Source: Octopus sinensis
Lineage: Eukaryota
Reading direction: 5' to 3'
DNA: 64,000 bases
NCBI RefSeq assembly: GCF_006345805.1
Contig: NC_043000.1
Location: forward strand, 140,554,001-140,618,000
In this document: in pieces, positions 61,900 to 64,000 of the stretch
Position numbering within the stretch: position 1 is the first letter of the stretch
How the letters are laid out: every line of letters starts with the position of its first letter
Position numbers and translations under genes: made by a program
Notes under the pieces: model-generated
Told to the model about the DNA's origin: nothing
What the model saw: only the letters and a program-made list of their open reading frames with translations
The model's database searches: none

Positions 61900-63285
61900 A
61901 GAAGCAATCTTCACGTTTGTTTCCAATTCTTTTTACTCCTATAGTGTATATACTTCTAATAAAATGTATGACAAAATGAAACTGTTTTTGTTATTCTAAA
62001 ACGTTTCCAATCTTTCTTGAAACTGTTGTTATTTTTGATACCATGAGTACTCTAGAAATATAACAAAAGTTAAATCCAAAGATAGTTTAAAACTTGATGG
62101 AGAATTGCTGACACTTCACATAGTTATGTGCAGTAGTAAGATACTACATGCTAAAGTTCTAAAAATAAATTCAATAATCATTGAGTTAACTCTTTTGAGG
62201 CTACACTGTCCTGAAGCAGTTTTCCTGATGTCTGGTGCAATGAAATCTATAACTTTTCAAAGTACTGAAAATGGCTACTCTATATAACTATCTTAGTGTA
62301 AGTTTAGTGATCATGGTTTGAAGTAAAGCTAGGTAATTTAAAATATGTAAAAGCTTGAAATATTTCAAACTTTGTTGCTAGCTTTTAGTTGTTGTCATGT
62401 TTCAATGGCATTGAGAGTATAATTGAAAACTTTAAAATTATGGATTTACTTTTAAAGATCAAATAAAGTGATAATGCAAGGTATTTATATATTTCAAGAG
62501 AAAACCTGACACTAGCATATTTTCTATGTACTTTTCTTTGACTGATTGCAGTAAGCTATAAAGAAAGGACATTCACCTATAAAGAATAACCAAGATTGAG
62601 AAGGTGTGAGAAATAAAATATGGTCAAATATATTAACTGCATGTACAACTATGTTAATAAAAAAACAATCATATGTGTAGATGATAAAGATGACCAGAAA
62701 GATGTGGAAGCTAGTAACAGAAATAATGATAATCATCTGAGGTGATCAAGCTCTGCTTGGATGTACATAAATGATGAGCACACACGAAGTGAGAGAGAAA
62801 ATGAGCTTAGGAGGAATGAACTGTAGTGTGCAAGATATGGATATGTGATACATATGAAGGATAATATTTGGGTGAAAAAGTCAAGCAAAACAAATTGACG
62901 GAGCCAGTGGAAAGGAAGAAATAGAAAGAGTGGTGAGACCTGATCTTAGTATACTGATTTTCACAAAGCAAATGAAAAGTAGTGAGATACTGGACAAGAG
63001 ATGACCCATCAACCCCATGCAATCATGAAAAAGGCAGACAAAATTATATGATATATTTTACATAGTAATATATTCAAACATTATCATACCTTCTTTATCA
63101 AATAGTATCATATCCCACTGATCATATCATGTTGACAGATATCAGTGGTTCTCCTCATCCTGTCTATAATGTTCCTTTATCAATAGACTGACTACTACCA
63201 GTTTTGAAATTGAACCCTTGTCTAAATTTTGCTAACGATGAAGATGTGGATATTGATGTAGAGTGGTAAGAGATAAAAATCTTAC

Positions 63286-63331
63286 CTGTAGGCTTGTTGT
63301 TCTGACACCTCCATTATGGTGAAACTTTAGT
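63286..63331 (-). CDS. Candidate short exon of an unidentified gene
   Basis: TTTTTCTTGCTCAG acceptor, CAG|GTAAGA donor, 46 nt, open as LKFHHNGGVRTTSLQ. Confidence 0.3.
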
Positions 63332-64000
63332 CTGAGCAAGAAAAATAGCAGGAAAAAAAATATTTACACCAACAACTTTAATAGAATATTCAATAAAAAA
63401 AAAAAAGAAAGATTAGAAAAAGCCATGTCATTATTTCCTTCAATAAGTACTTCTTCCTTTATGCAAGCTACTGTTAAGACTATCCATATATAATCTTGCT
63501 TCTTAACATAATTCCCAGGAAGTATTTTACATCTAGACAGCAAATGATAGGCTGTCTCTAATGCTATATAGCCTGAATAAGTCTTATATTATTTCTATCT
63601 CTCTCAAATTCTCCCATCCTCTAGTTTCTACCTTATTTTCTTGTATAATAATGATGGTGGGACAAGTTAATCAGGAATTAAAGAGATGGTGAAATGTCTA
63701 CGATATTATTCATTTCAATAGTTAAATAATTCATTCTATAAAGTTTTTCCTTTATACACTTTAAACATTATACTGCTTCAGATTTCTCTCAATGCATCAG
63801 ATTTCTTTCCATATGTCATTTATTTTTTTACCACATTCAACTTTTCTACATTCATTTTTTCTATTTTTCTCATCATCAAATATCACTTCTTCCTTTCTAC
63901 TGAATATTGTATAAACAGATTTACTTTTACTAGCACAGTATTATTTCCCCTGTTCTATCTCTGCCAAGTAATTCTTATCTATATAAATTTTTATCAATGC

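Noticed and set aside
63201-63265. Plus-strand exon ending DEDVDIDVE|GTAAGA
   Set aside because: Upstream frame has stops and the acceptor is weak; competes with the minus-strand candidate 20 bp away

Overview
AT-rich, repeat-saturated eukaryotic DNA, not prokaryotic. It has no operons and no CRISPR, and the long ORFs I examined are transposon relics or microsatellite artefacts. The SINE families and microsatellite load look like an octopod cephalopod (Octopus-like) genome; this is an inference from pattern recognition, not from a search. Contents: about 40 tRNA-derived or LINE-tail SINE copies (CORE-like, Meta-like, V-like, RTE-tail). There are decayed non-LTR retrotransposon fragments (RTE; R4/Dong-like; Hero-like restriction-like-endonuclease elements; a Penelope GIY-YIG relic) and miniature DNA transposons from five superfamilies (Helitron, Mutator, hAT, piggyBac, Tc1/mariner). 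There is also a 1.6-kb tandem duplication. No host gene could be named; only a few low-confidence candidate exons were found. The most notable signal is RNA-level. One type I hammerhead ribozyme with a complete catalytic core lies at 61571-61656. A cluster of three minimal Penelope-type hammerhead motifs lies at 30.1-30.6 kb, next to a Penelope endonuclease relic; two of them form an 81-bp-arm inverted pair. Repeat boundaries are approximate unless a TSD or terminus is quoted.
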